Positions 9,869-20,092 of a stretch of DNA of 64,000 nt are shown here, one piece after another. Both the position numbers and the translations under genes were made by a program. The notes below the pieces were generated by a model that was not told the origin of the DNA, did no database searches, and worked only from the letters and a program-made list of their open reading frames with translations. How positions within the stretch are numbered: the first letter of the stretch is position 1; every line of letters begins with the position of its first letter. This stretch comes from Syntrophorhabdaceae bacterium (GTDB lineage: Bacteria; Desulfobacterota; Syntrophorhabdia; Syntrophorhabdales; Syntrophorhabdaceae), in the NCBI GenBank assembly GCA_963665295.1, contig OY762209.1, positions 4,512,001-4,576,000 on the forward strand, written 5' to 3'.

Positions 9869-10710
9869 TCCTTCGCTCCTTCCGTCCGGCAGAAGACTGC
9901 GGACGTATATCCCACCACATTTCCCCTGTCACCGGAAACATCGCCGGAATTCGCGTATTTCAACACTTTGCACTTTGTAGCTCCTAACGCTTTTGAAACC
10001 ATCATGGTAACGATCATGGGGCCTCTGCCGCAGGCCTCGGAAATTTCCGCGTCAAAATCATCTACCATTCCTTTTATGTCAAATGCTTCCAATCGGTCAA
10101 CGATATGTTTGTCGAGCTTTACCGCATGGGCATACGAGTAGTAATGACTCAAGTCGGTGCTGCCCACCACGAGAACCCGCCTCCCCAGGGCTTTGATTCC
10201 CCGGGAAACGATGCCCGCCAGGTCCTCACAGGTATTTGTTTCCTGGGACCCCATTACTATGGGCACTATCTTGAACCCCTTCAGCACGGTCTGCAGGAAA
10301 GGTATCTGCACCTCAAGAGAGTGTTCCGCGCCGTGGACCCCGACATTCTCAGATGCCGGGCCGCCTTCTCTCATGATCGCCGCCGCGAGGTCCTCGTCGA
10401 TGTCCGTCATGCCGAGGGGGGTCCTGTAACCGCCTTTACTCATTATCGCCGCGCCTTTAAAGTACGCCCTGTGGCTCGGGCCTATAACGACCACCGTATC
10501 GTAAGCTCTCCCTGATATGGCCCGCATTCCATAGCCTGCCACCTGACCGGAATAAACATACCCCGCATGAGGGGAAATGACTCCCACTATGTCCCCCTCT
10601 ATAGCATCGAACGCAGCCTTGCTCACATAACGCCTGATCTCCGCTGCGAGGGCCTTCGGGTCATCCGGATAGAATGCTCCGGCCACCGCCGGTTCTCTTA
10701 TTACACCCAT
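9865..10710 (-). CDS. amrB: AmmeMemoRadiSam system protein B (Memo domain)
   Basis: REPAVAGAFYP, PHAGYVYSG, GPSH, EHSLEVQIPFLQ, STDLSHY, ACG, YANSGD, VVGY. Confidence 0.93.
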   Translation of the reverse strand: MGVIREPAVAGAFYPDDPKALAAEIRRYVSKAAFDAIEGDIVGVISPHAGYVYSGQVAGYGMRAISGRAYDTVVVIGPSHRAYFKGAAIMSKGGYRTPLGMTDIDEDLAAAIMREGGPASENVGVHGAEHSLEVQIPFLQTVLKGFKIVPIVMGSQETNTCEDLAGIVSRGIKALGRRVLVVGSTDLSHYYSYAHAVKLDKHIVDRLEAFDIKGMVDDFDAEISEACGRGPMIVTMMVSKALGATKCKVLKYANSGDVSGDRGNVVGYTSAVFCRTEGAKE

Positions 10711-10814
10711 AGTGCTTTTCACCTCTTCCCCATGCGCACAATTATAGCACATTATCGGTCTTATTTAGAAACAATTCGCGTGGCCCACCCCGGTCCAAGG
10801 CTCCGGAACGAGAG

Positions 10815-11687
10815 CTAAACACCGAGAACGCGGGCTACTGTCTCTCCCACTTCCGCAGGGTTTTGGACCACCGTGATGCCGGCCTCCTCGAGGAATCTTA
10901 TTTTGCCCTCAGCGCCCCCCGTCCCTCCGGAGATGATCGCCCCCGCGTGGCCCATCCGTCTGCCCGGCGGTGCACTGACCCCGGCGACGAAGGCGACTAC
11001 CGGCTTGGTCATGTTCTTCGCATAGTATTCCGCGGCGTCCTCTTCGGCCCGGCCCCCGATTTCACCTATAAGGACCACGGCTTCAGTCCCTCCGTCCCGT
11101 TCAAAAAGACCAAGTATATCGACGAAGTCGAGGCCGCCCACAGGGTCGCCCCCGATTCCCACACAGGTCGACTGGCCTATTCCGTACCGCGTAAGCTGGC
11201 TTACCACCTCGTAGGTCAGGGTACCGCTCCTGGAGACAATCCCCACCTTGCCCTCGGAGTGGATATATCCCGCCATCACACCTACCTTGCATTTTCCGGA
11301 AGAGATTATACCCGGGGTATTGGGACCTACCAGGCGGGTGGCCTTTCCTCTCATATAGAGGCGGACCCCGATCATATCCAGGGTAGGAATTCCTTCAGAG
11401 AGGCAGACCGCCACGTCCACCCCGGATTCGACTGCTTCCATGATGGCGTCGGCGGCATATGGGGGCGGCACGAAGATTGCGGAGGTATCGGCGCCTGTCG
11501 CCCTGACCGCATCTCTCACCGTATTAAAAACAGGGATGCCTTCGAATGATTGCCCCCCTTTTCCCGGGGTGACACCCGCCACAACCCTGGTCCCGTAATC
11601 AACCATCTGTTTCGTGTGGAACGCGCCCTCGCTTCCCGTGATCCCCTGGACCACCACCCGTGTACGATTGTCTATCAGGATACTCAC
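10815..11687 (-). CDS. sucD: Succinyl-CoA synthetase alpha subunit
   Basis: [30 protein letters not shown] phospho-His motif. Confidence 0.96.
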   Translation of the reverse strand: MSILIDNRTRVVVQGITGSEGAFHTKQMVDYGTRVVAGVTPGKGGQSFEGIPVFNTVRDAVRATGADTSAIFVPPPYAADAIMEAVESGVDVAVCLSEGIPTLDMIGVRLYMRGKATRLVGPNTPGIISSGKCKVGVMAGYIHSEGKVGIVSRSGTLTYEVVSQLTRYGIGQSTCVGIGGDPVGGLDFVDILGLFERDGGTEAVVLIGEIGGRAEEDAAEYYAKNMTKPVVAFVAGVSAPPGRRMGHAGAIISGGTGGAEGKIRFLEEAGITVVQNPAEVGETVARVLGV

Positions 11688-12877
11688 CGGTCCCTCCCGC
11701 CGGTCCTGTCAGACCCTGCGACGTCAAGGAGTTGCATTATCTTTGCGGCGCCGTCCTTCATATCATAGGCCACATGGAAGGTAAGGCCCGACGCGGCGAG
11801 TATCTTCCGCCCCTCGTCCACATTTGTCCCTTCAAGCCTGATCACCATGGGAACGGGGATCGTGAGATTCCTAGCCGCTTCAACCACCCCGTTGGCGAGG
11901 GTATCACACCGCAGGATGCCGCCGAAAATGTTGATAAAGATAACCCTCACATCCCGGTCGGACAGGAGGATCGTCAAGCCTTGCCGCACCATCTCCGAGG
12001 TTGCGCCTCCTCCCACATCAAGGAAGTTGGCAGGTTGGGCGCCCGCATATTTTATGAGATCCATGGTAGCCATGGCAAGGCCTGCCCCGTTCACCATACA
12101 CCCCACGCTGCCCGAGAGCTTGATATAGTTGAGGTTGTGTTCCCGCGCCTCGACCTCAAGGGGATCTTCCTGGGCCATGTCCCTGAGTCCCGCAATATCG
12201 GGATGCCTGAAGAGTGCATTGTCATCAAAATCTATCTTTCCGTCCACGGCAACCAGCCCCCGTTCATCGGCAAGGACAAGGGGGTTTATCTCGGCGAGGG
12301 AACAGTCTTTATCGATAAAGAGCCGATAGAGACCGAGAATGATGGCGGTCAGGTCACCCTTGTATGAGGGGGCAAGACCCAATGCGTAAAATATCCTTGC
12401 TGCCTGGAACGGCCGTAAGCCCACACCGGGATGCACGTGTTCCATGAGTATCTTCTCCGGGCTTCGGGCGGCAACCTCCTCTATCTCCATCCCCCCTTCC
12501 GGACTCGCAATCACCACCGCGCACCTTCGTGGTCTGTCTATAGCGACGGCAAGATAGAATTCCTTTCCGCCACTTATCACTTCTTCCGCGAGCAGTGTGT
12601 CCACCGGCCTTCCCTCCGGCCCGGTCTGGTGCGTGACCAGCCTGGTTCCCAGGAGACGCGCCGATTCTTCCGCCTCTTTCTCAGAGCGGATCATCTTTAT
12701 ACCGCCCGCCTTGCCCCTGCCGCCCCCGTGTATCTGGGCTTTGAGAACAAAGGGATCTCCTCCCCGCTCTTTTGCATATCGTATCGTTTCTTCGGAGGTC
12801 TTCAGAAACCGGCCGTGCGGCACCGGGATACCGTATGCCTGGAACAGGGCCTTCGCCTGGTACTCATGTATCTTCAT
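11684..12877 (-). CDS. sucC: Succinyl-CoA synthetase beta subunit
   Basis: [48 protein letters not shown]. Confidence 0.96.
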   Translation of the reverse strand: MKIHEYQAKALFQAYGIPVPHGRFLKTSEETIRYAKERGGDPFVLKAQIHGGGRGKAGGIKMIRSEKEAEESARLLGTRLVTHQTGPEGRPVDTLLAEEVISGGKEFYLAVAIDRPRRCAVVIASPEGGMEIEEVAARSPEKILMEHVHPGVGLRPFQAARIFYALGLAPSYKGDLTAIILGLYRLFIDKDCSLAEINPLVLADERGLVAVDGKIDFDDNALFRHPDIAGLRDMAQEDPLEVEAREHNLNYIKLSGSVGCMVNGAGLAMATMDLIKYAGAQPANFLDVGGGATSEMVRQGLTILLSDRDVRVIFINIFGGILRCDTLANGVVEAARNLTIPVPMVIRLEGTNVDEGRKILAASGLTFHVAYDMKDGAAKIMQLLDVAGSDRTGGRDR

Positions 12878-13451
12878 CCGCCCACTCGTTTACGGCCACG
12901 GGCGTCACATCGACCCGGGCACGCCTCGCTGCGGCCATTCCCGCCCGCAGCGCGTCGCGGTTCAATTTCTCGGTTCCCTTGGGCACCCTTGCAAGGAGAG
13001 CTTGCTCCAGAGCCTTCGGAGAAACAATGGTGGTGAGCCTTGATATGGCCCCCAAGGCCACGATGTTCGCCACCATCTCTTTCCCCAGTTTATCCCTGGC
13101 GATCTTCGTGAAAGGTATACGGAAGGCCCTGGGCACGGGAATCTGGGTCACCAGCGTGGAGTCCACAACCAGGAGGCCCTCGGGTTTCAGGTCCATATAA
13201 TACTCGTCGCACGATTTCTGAGTCAGACACAGGAGGAGATCAAGTTTCATGGCCTTCGGGTAGTCGATCTCCACATCACTCACCACCACTTCCGCCTTGC
13301 TCGATCCGCCCCGCGCTTCCGGCCCGTAACTCTGGGTCTGGGCGACATACTTCCCGTCATAAATGCCTACCGCCTCCGCAAGGATGATGCCCATAAGGAT
13401 GAGGCCTTGTCCCCCGGACCCGCTCAGCCTGATATCGTACCGAAAGCTCAT
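12864..13451 (-). CDS. korC: 2-oxoacid:ferredoxin oxidoreductase gamma subunit
   Basis: GSGGQG, QSYGPEARGG, NIVALGA. Confidence 0.9.
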   Translation of the reverse strand: MSFRYDIRLSGSGGQGLILMGIILAEAVGIYDGKYVAQTQSYGPEARGGSSKAEVVVSDVEIDYPKAMKLDLLLCLTQKSCDEYYMDLKPEGLLVVDSTLVTQIPVPRAFRIPFTKIARDKLGKEMVANIVALGAISRLTTIVSPKALEQALLARVPKGTEKLNRDALRAGMAAARRARVDVTPVAVNEWADEDT

Positions 13452-13455
13452 TGCC

Positions 13456-14289
13456 TCACTTCTCCAGGCCTTTCGACCTTCTTCTCACCTTTTCGTATTC
13501 ATCCTGGTAGACCGGAAGATCACGGTCAACGAGAACACCTATCCTGAATTTGTCCTTCAATTCCTCCTCCGTCATGCGGCTCGCCTTTTCCACTGTCACG
13601 GCGTGGTCTTTCTGCCACTGCATCATGTCCACGGGAGAACCAAGCTTGTTTATCCTTCCATATTGGGTATGGCAATGGGCCATCACTTCCACTACCGAAA
13701 ATCCAACCTTGAGACATGCCTTCTCGATCAGGTCGTCGAGCAGTCTCGCATGGTAGACGGTTCCCCTGCCCACAAACGCGGCGCCCGCGGTAACGGCAAG
13801 TTCGGATATGTTGAACGCATGCTCAACGTTGGTATAAACGCTGGTGGTCGACTTCATGCCATAGGGCGTGGCAGGCGAGTACTGGCCTCCCGTCATGCCA
13901 TACACGCTGTTGTTGAGGATAATGGCGGTAAGGTCTATGTTCCGCCGTGCCGCATGGATAAAGTGGTTACCCCCGATGGCAACGGCATCGCCATCTCCCA
14001 TTATGACGATTACCTTGAGGTTCGGGTTGGCGAGCTTTACCCCGGTGGCAAAGGTGACGGCCCTCCCGTGGGTCGTATGCAGGGTATTGAAATCTACGTA
14101 AACGGGCAGCCTCCCCGTACACCCTATCCCGGAGACCATGACAATCTCGTCCTTACCGTATCCGGTTCTGTCTATGCCCCGTATCAGGGCGCCGAGCATG
14201 ATGCCGATGCCGCAGCCGGGACACCATACATGGGGGAACTTCTTGTCGTGTCTCAGATATTTATGGATCAGCCTGGTAACTTCCGCCAT
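13456..14289 (-). CDS. korB: 2-oxoacid:ferredoxin oxidoreductase beta subunit
   Basis: WCPGCG, SGIGC, HGRA, GDGD..IGGNH, YGMTGGQYSP (TPP-binding). Confidence 0.93.
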   Translation of the reverse strand: MAEVTRLIHKYLRHDKKFPHVWCPGCGIGIMLGALIRGIDRTGYGKDEIVMVSGIGCTGRLPVYVDFNTLHTTHGRAVTFATGVKLANPNLKVIVIMGDGDAVAIGGNHFIHAARRNIDLTAIILNNSVYGMTGGQYSPATPYGMKSTTSVYTNVEHAFNISELAVTAGAAFVGRGTVYHARLLDDLIEKACLKVGFSVVEVMAHCHTQYGRINKLGSPVDMMQWQKDHAVTVEKASRMTEEELKDKFRIGVLVDRDLPVYQDEYEKVRRRSKGLEK

Positions 14290-15431
14290 CAGGAGACCTC
14301 CTTGATCCTTGAGAGAATATCCTGGGGGGTTATAATCGTTCCATCGACCCTGTTGACGGTGAACACTTTCGAAGCCCCCCTATTGACCCTTTTGACTTCC
14401 CTCGATATCTGCCCCATGTTCATCTCCGGAACAATGACGACGCTTGACCTCTGGAGAACCTTTTCCACTGCGTCCCTCATGAAGGGCCACAAGGTGGTGA
14501 GTTTGAGGAGTCCGGCTTTGATGCCCTTCTCCCTGGCGTCGATAACCGCCCTTCTCGCGGACCGGGCCACACAGCCATAGGCGATAACCGTCACGTCCGC
14601 ATCATCGGTCAGAAAAAACTCACCCATGCTGATATCACCGTAATTCTGGCTTATCTTTCGGAAAAGACGCCTGATAAAAGGGTCGATCTCATCGGGCCTG
14701 GAAGTGGGGAAACCCCTCACGTCATGGATGAGCCCGGTAACATGATAACGGTATCCCTCGCCAAAATTTGCCATGGCGGGGATGCCCTTGGGAGTGTCTT
14801 CATAGGGTATATACCACTCGGGAGGGACAGTCGGCTTCACCCTGTTGAAAATATGGATGTCCTCTTCGTCATCAAGGGTAATCTTTTCCCTCATGTGGGC
14901 AACCACTTCATCCACCAATATGATCACCGGATTGCGGTACTTCTCCGAGAAATTGAAGGCCTTGATGGTAATATCGTAGCACTCCCTCACCGTTGAAGGG
15001 CAAAGGGCTATGATGGGGTGGTCGCCGTGAGTCCCCCAGCGGGCCTGCATCACGTCACTCTGCGAAGGAGATGTGGGAAGTCCGGTACTGGGCCCTCCCC
15101 GCATGGCGTTTACGATAACGCACGGCACCTCGGCGACGATTGCAAATCCGAGGTTCTCCTGCATGAGCGAAAACCCGGGGCCGCTCGTGGCGGTCATGGA
15201 TTTGACTCCGGCGAGAGACGAGCCTATCACTGCGCCCATGCTTGCTATCTCATCTTCCATCTGGATAAAGGTCCCGTCCACCTGGGGAAGCTTCACCGAA
15301 AGGGCCTCCGAGATCTCTGTTGCGGGGGTGATGGGATATCCCGCAAAAAACCGGCACCCCGCCCTGAGAGCGCCCTCCACTATCGCCTCGTTGCCTTGAA
15401 GAAGAAGTTCTTTCTTACCCTTCTTTTTCAA
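14289..15431 (-). CDS. korA: 2-oxoacid:ferredoxin oxidoreductase alpha subunit
   Basis: GNEA, YPITP, QMEDE, TATSGPG, RGGPSTG, EMNMGQ. Confidence 0.93.
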   Translation of the reverse strand: MKKKGKKELLLQGNEAIVEGALRAGCRFFAGYPITPATEISEALSVKLPQVDGTFIQMEDEIASMGAVIGSSLAGVKSMTATSGPGFSLMQENLGFAIVAEVPCVIVNAMRGGPSTGLPTSPSQSDVMQARWGTHGDHPIIALCPSTVRECYDITIKAFNFSEKYRNPVIILVDEVVAHMREKITLDDEEDIHIFNRVKPTVPPEWYIPYEDTPKGIPAMANFGEGYRYHVTGLIHDVRGFPTSRPDEIDPFIRRLFRKISQNYGDISMGEFFLTDDADVTVIAYGCVARSARRAVIDAREKGIKAGLLKLTTLWPFMRDAVEKVLQRSSVVIVPEMNMGQISREVKRVNRGASKVFTVNRVDGTIITPQDILSRIKEVS

Positions 15432-15681
15432 TCTTTCCCCTGCCTTTCCTCTTTCCGCCCTTTTCCTTCTGTTCCACGGTGATCGCGAAATCAGGACACC
15501 TCATCTCGCACCATCCGCAGTTAATGCACTTTTCAGGGTTTTTCACGTAGGGACACCCCGTCTCGTCCATCGCAAGCACGTCGGCGGGGCAGAATGCGGC
15601 GCAGATGCCGCAGCCTTTGCACCACGCTTTGTAAATGTCTATACATGGAGTTTCTTTGGTCTTTCCGCTGGTATCTTCCAT
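15415..15681 (-). CDS. korD: 2x[4Fe-4S] ferredoxin subunit (KorD)
   Basis: CKGCGIC..CP and CINCGWC..CPDFAI motifs, first gene of the kor operon. Confidence 0.9.
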   Translation of the reverse strand: MEDTSGKTKETPCIDIYKAWCKGCGICAAFCPADVLAMDETGCPYVKNPEKCINCGWCEMRCPDFAITVEQKEKGGKRKGRGKIEKEG

Positions 15682-15693
15682 CGACTTAATTAC

Positions 15694-15722
15694 ATGCTAA
15701 GATTATTCCCCATTCTTGTCAA
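15694..15722 (-). promoter_or_regulatory. Putative sigma70 promoter of the kor-suc operon
   Basis: TTGACA-N17-TAGCAT, 12 nt before ATG. Confidence 0.6.
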
Positions 15723-15902
15723 TATTCTTTCCGGCACGGGTCGGACAGGAGCAGGGGACTCCAATTGCGTCACTTCATATTTCATGGGAGGAGGCAACCC
15801 GCCTTTTCTCCTTTTTGCCGGGGTTGACCTTGACACAATCCCCCACGGTTCTGTAATATATGCACACCAGCCGACAAGTTATATCTGCAAAGGGGTGTAA
15901 AG

Positions 15903-17063
15903 ATGAAGGAATTGTCTTCCCATCGGGCCATGATGTTCACGGAATCAGTCATCCGTGAAATGACCCGCATCTGCATCAAACACGGGGGCACCAACCTGGC
16001 GCAAGGTTTTCCCGACTTCCAGGCACCGCAAGAGATCAAGGATGCCGCCGCCCGGGCTATCGAGGCCGATTACAACCAGTATTCCATTACCTGGGGCGCA
16101 CCTGTACTCCGGGAGGCCATCGCCCGGAAATTTGCCGGTTACAACGGCGTGGCCGTGGATCCGGAAACGGAGATAACGGTCTGCTGCGGCTCCACCGAGT
16201 CCATGATCTCATCCCTCCTCGCCATCGTTAATCCTGACGAAGAAGTAATCGTATTCGAGCCTTTTTACGAGAATTACGGCCCCGATGCCATACTGAGCGG
16301 GGCAACACCCCGATATGTCACCCTTCACGAGCCCGACTGGCACATCGACGAAAGGGAACTCACAAGGGCCTTCAACAATAACACCAAGGCTATCATCATC
16401 AACACGCCGAACAATCCCACAGGCAAGGTCTTCAGTTTCGACGAACTGAAGTTGATCGCCGACCTCTGCGAGAAGTGGGGGGTCGTGGCCGTAACCGACG
16501 AAATTTATGAACATATTCTCTATGATGAGCTGAAGCATGTCAGTATCGCCTCTCTGCCCGGCATGAGAGAGCGGACCGTAACGATCAATTCCGTTTCAAA
16601 GACGTACAGTCTCACCGGCTGGCGGGTCGGATGGGCTATTGCATCCAGGGAACTCACCGCATCGATCCGCAAGGTCCACGATTTCCTCACGGTGGGGGCC
16701 GCCCATCCGCTTCAGATCGCGGCCGCTGCGGCCCTTGGAATGGCACCTTCCTATTACGAAGAACTGGCCCGGTCCTACCGGGAAAGAAGGGATTTTTTTG
16801 TCGCCGCCCTTGAAGAGTCCGGGTTCCGCGTGCATACACCGGGAGGCGCTTATTATGTCATGACCGAGATAGACCACTTCGGCTTTTCCAATGACGTAGC
16901 CTGCGCGCTTCATCTCGTCGAGCACGCGGGCGTGGCCACCGTGCCGGGAAGCGCTTTCTATAGCCGCCCCGAATTGGGCGGCACAAAGATCCGTTTCTGT
17001 TTTCCCAAAAAGATGGAAACACTGAAGACCGCGGCGGAAAAACTCAAAGCCTTTAACCCTTGA
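15903..17063 (+). CDS. PLP-dependent class I/II aminotransferase (YbdL/methionine-glutamine type)
   Basis: NLAQGFPD, NTPNNPTG, DEIY, SKTYSLTGWRVG, IRFCF. Confidence 0.92.
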   Translation: MKELSSHRAMMFTESVIREMTRICIKHGGTNLAQGFPDFQAPQEIKDAAARAIEADYNQYSITWGAPVLREAIARKFAGYNGVAVDPETEITVCCGSTESMISSLLAIVNPDEEVIVFEPFYENYGPDAILSGATPRYVTLHEPDWHIDERELTRAFNNNTKAIIINTPNNPTGKVFSFDELKLIADLCEKWGVVAVTDEIYEHILYDELKHVSIASLPGMRERTVTINSVSKTYSLTGWRVGWAIASRELTASIRKVHDFLTVGAAHPLQIAAAAALGMAPSYYEELARSYRERRDFFVAALEESGFRVHTPGGAYYVMTEIDHFGFSNDVACALHLVEHAGVATVPGSAFYSRPELGGTKIRFCFPKKMETLKTAAEKLKAFNP

Positions 17064-17079
17064 GGAAAAGGAGGATGTC

Positions 17080-17340
17080 ATGAAAAGAAGTATGCTCGTG
17101 TGTGCGGTTTGTGCAGTCTTTTTCTTCCCTGCGCTGAGTATGGCCGATTGCAGCAGCGCAACCCTCGATTGCGAAAACGCGAAAGGGCTTGCCCACAAAT
17201 GTTCGTTGACTTACGGATTTCGCGCGTCCGTGGCCTGTGCGGATAAAGACAAGGCCGCTGAAACCGCCTGTGCTCAAGCGGAGAAAATATGTACAGGCAG
17301 CCAATCCACGACGGCGCCGGCGACAAGGAGAAATCAGTAA
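17080..17340 (+). CDS. Small secreted Cys-rich hypothetical protein
   Basis: GGAGG SD; signal-peptide-like N-terminus ending SMA; 6 Cys in mature part. Confidence 0.7.
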   Translation: MKRSMLVCAVCAVFFFPALSMADCSSATLDCENAKGLAHKCSLTYGFRASVACADKDKAAETACAQAEKICTGSQSTTAPATRRNQ

Positions 17341-17359
17341 GGGCCTGTCATATCCTGGA

Positions 17360-18226
17360 TCAGCGTATCAGGCTCGCGTACCCGTATCGGTCGACCTGCC
17401 ACCCTTCTTCCGGCATTTCCACACCGTCGATGTAAACGGTGCGGCCCTCGACCGCGACCCTGCCCTTCCCGATAAGTTCGTGCACCGCAAAGGGGTATAT
17501 CTTCCAGTCTCCTTCGACTTTGAGGACTTCCTGAACACCACCCGAGATCTCCTGCAGCGCCTGATAGAGATCGCTTCCCTCTTCCCGGGCGGCCTCCCGG
17601 AAACTTTTGAGAGTCCTGGCGTCTCTTCTGTCCGAAAACCTCCTCACATCCCGCAATTCACTGTCCCATCGCGACAGCGGCAAGGATGCGGACTGGATCA
17701 ATACGGGTCCCCCGTCATCACTCTCGTCCACGAAGAATACCGTTGATTTTACACTTTCTTCCTGGGCCAGAATTGCCTTTGCTATCGGTATCCATCCCAG
17801 TCCGGCATATTTTCTCGCATCTCCCGGATGGACATTGAGGATCCTCGGATAGTACCGTCCCACCATCCAACTCCCGACCCAGAGATTATATCCCGCAAGA
17901 CAGATGAGGTCCGGTTGACCGTTCAGCGTTTGTTCCACCAGGGTCATAATAGCCCGATCGTAGCTGTCCCGTTCAACCCCATGCCTGGGAACCTTTTCCA
18001 GGCGCCACATGTCGTGGAAATAAACCTCCGAATCGAGTACCAGTGTGGGCGCCCCGTTATTCTTTGCCTTCGCGATGCCCGTGCAGCCCAGGGCATTCCC
18101 GAATACCACGTGGTCTCTGTCGGGGTTCCACTCATATATGCGCTCGTAGTTGCTTCCCGAACCGGAGACGCCGCAGGCATACCTCATGGCTGCGAAAGAG
18201 GGATCATACACAAGTTTTACCGTCAT
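17360..18226 (-). CDS. PurN-like formyltransferase (extended)
   Basis: SGSGSN, CLAGY, LNVHPG, D-D-G-G-P motifs; GAGGAG SD. Confidence 0.8.
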   Translation of the reverse strand: MTVKLVYDPSFAAMRYACGVSGSGSNYERIYEWNPDRDHVVFGNALGCTGIAKAKNNGAPTLVLDSEVYFHDMWRLEKVPRHGVERDSYDRAIMTLVEQTLNGQPDLICLAGYNLWVGSWMVGRYYPRILNVHPGDARKYAGLGWIPIAKAILAQEESVKSTVFFVDESDDGGPVLIQSASLPLSRWDSELRDVRRFSDRRDARTLKSFREAAREEGSDLYQALQEISGGVQEVLKVEGDWKIYPFAVHELIGKGRVAVEGRTVYIDGVEMPEEGWQVDRYGYASLIR

Positions 18227-18391
18227 TTTCTGCTCCTCTTCACCGTGACATTGGCCGGACAGGCTCTTCCGAGCATTCCGTTACCGACAAAAAGATTATT
18301 GTCCTCAGTAACAACAAAACAAATGAACGCCGGCATCAAGACCGCGATGCAAGAGACAATTCGCGCCGACAGTGGATGATGGACACGGACA

Positions 18392-19597
18392 TTACGTGGG
18401 TGGCGGCAGAAGAGATTGTTTCCCGAGCATTGTTGGTTTCCCGAGGGTCATCTTCAAATACTCCAGCATAAGTTCCTGGAGCATCTGTTCTTTTGGTGTG
18501 TTTGCAGGAGAGACCCGATCGTCTCCGTCGGATTCACTTATCACACCGGCCTGGATCGCCCTGGATCGTTGTCCTTTGAGCAGGGCCGCATACCTTTCGT
18601 TCAGGTCATGGGACGACATGCTGGAATAACGATTATAGACGGAGACTATCTGGTCCGGAGCCGGCAAGAGCGGCGACTCCAGGCTCACCCTGCAATCGCG
18701 GGCAAAACGTTTCATTCCCGCAAGGATATGACTTGCTTTGACAAAATTTATCCCCGACCAGCCGGCGCGAAGCCACTGAAAAACGCCGGACCTTACCGTG
18801 CCGGATGCATTTCCTGGTTCCACATACACGCCGATGGAAAAGTAATCGTAAATGTAGGACTTGACCCATCCCAATCCTGTTCGCGGAGAACCCGGCTCTC
18901 CCGAGTAGAAGTAGTTCCAACTGTTGTCACTACCCAGGATGGCCCCCTTCTTTCCCACGTTCGATCTGTTGATCTGCTTTGATATGGAGATGAGCGCCTG
19001 ACGCCCTTTGTAATTCACCAGGATGAGGGTCCTCTTCAGATCGTATTCATGGTAAACACCCGTGTTAAGGTCCGGCGTGTCCGACTCCTTCTGCATGCCG
19101 TGAATTACAACCGGGGCGCCTCCCGAAGGGACGGGTTTCCAATTGGTGGGCAGCCTGTGGGCTTCGCCTCCCTTGGGGGTGCTCCAAATAGAGTAACGCA
19201 GGGAAGAGGGTCGCGTGACCGTAGGAGGAATGAAGGGGTTATACGAATACTCCATGAATCGGGAAAAACCGATCTTTGTGTCGAATTCGTAGTAGGCTCC
19301 TGTGCTGTCCAGCAATTTCGAGAGGGCGTGCTCCTTGCTTTGCTTTGAGTTCAGAACATATTCCACAAGGACGGTGGCAGCGTGTTCATCAACGGGACCC
19401 TTGGGCTCCGCGCAAAACTGCACCAATTTCGATACGGCGTCATCGATGGAGTCAGAAGGTGAAGCCGTCACCACGCTGCAGGTTATCAGCATGAGAAGCA
19501 GGGCGAGTATAACCTGATTCAATAAGGACGGGGAACAAAGGCGTTGTTTTATGGCGGTAATGGATGGACCTAATCTCTCGTTCATAAAAGAAATCAT
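18392..19597 (-). CDS. Hypothetical exported/membrane-anchored protein (start uncertain)
   Basis: About 400-codon ORF filling the gap, N-terminal hydrophobic segment, no recognised motif. Confidence 0.7.
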   Translation of the reverse strand: MISFMNERLGPSITAIKQRLCSPSLLNQVILALLLMLITCSVVTASPSDSIDDAVSKLVQFCAEPKGPVDEHAATVLVEYVLNSKQSKEHALSKLLDSTGAYYEFDTKIGFSRFMEYSYNPFIPPTVTRPSSLRYSIWSTPKGGEAHRLPTNWKPVPSGGAPVVIHGMQKESDTPDLNTGVYHEYDLKRTLILVNYKGRQALISISKQINRSNVGKKGAILGSDNSWNYFYSGEPGSPRTGLGWVKSYIYDYFSIGVYVEPGNASGTVRSGVFQWLRAGWSGINFVKASHILAGMKRFARDCRVSLESPLLPAPDQIVSVYNRYSSMSSHDLNERYAALLKGQRSRAIQAGVISESDGDDRVSPANTPKEQMLQELMLEYLKMTLGKPTMLGKQSLLPPPT

Positions 19598-19876
19598 ACG
19601 ACGAGCACCGCCCTGAGTCAACTAAATACTGCAAGACGGGGGCAGGTTCCGCGTACCGCCAAATCCGTTCCTTGGCGCTTACATGATTCACAATAACGGC
19701 TGGAATAGGCCCGTTGAGCCGGCTCACAGGGAGGGACGGCGCGTTCTTTCACGTTACCCGTTTATCCAAAAGCATATTGTTGAGTTTTCCAACGCTCTAT
19801 CGATTCTTCCGGTCGATCCGCATGCCGTGCCCCCGGAACAACCATGAGTGTAAACCGAACGCCGTGCAATGGGTCA

Positions 19877-20059
19877 TCATCTCACGTAAATGCGCGCCCC
19901 GTTCCAGAGGGCCCCTGACAAACCCAGTTCGTTTCCCCACTCGTCATAGGCCTTCTTGCCCGTTTCTATTTCAGCCAGGAGGTCCGCTTGACGCAGGGCA
20001 TGGGTAACCGTCATGCCCGGGAGCAGACAAATTTCCCTCTCGTTTACATACACGGTCAT
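19877..20059 (-). CDS. Small hypothetical protein, possible beta-grasp (ThiS/MoaD-like) fold
   Basis: GGAGAGG SD; MTVYVNERE..GMTV..AL...GARIYV pattern; no C-terminal GG. Confidence 0.65.
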   Translation of the reverse strand: MTVYVNEREICLLPGMTVTHALRQADLLAEIETGKKAYDEWGNELGLSGALWNGARIYVR

Positions 20060-20092
20060 GCGGGTCCTCTCCCATTTCGAACCGGAGATCTG

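Noticed and set aside
18227..18391. ZTP (pfl) riboswitch before the formyltransferase
   Set aside because: Conserved GACUGG and GCCUGGG elements not found by eye.
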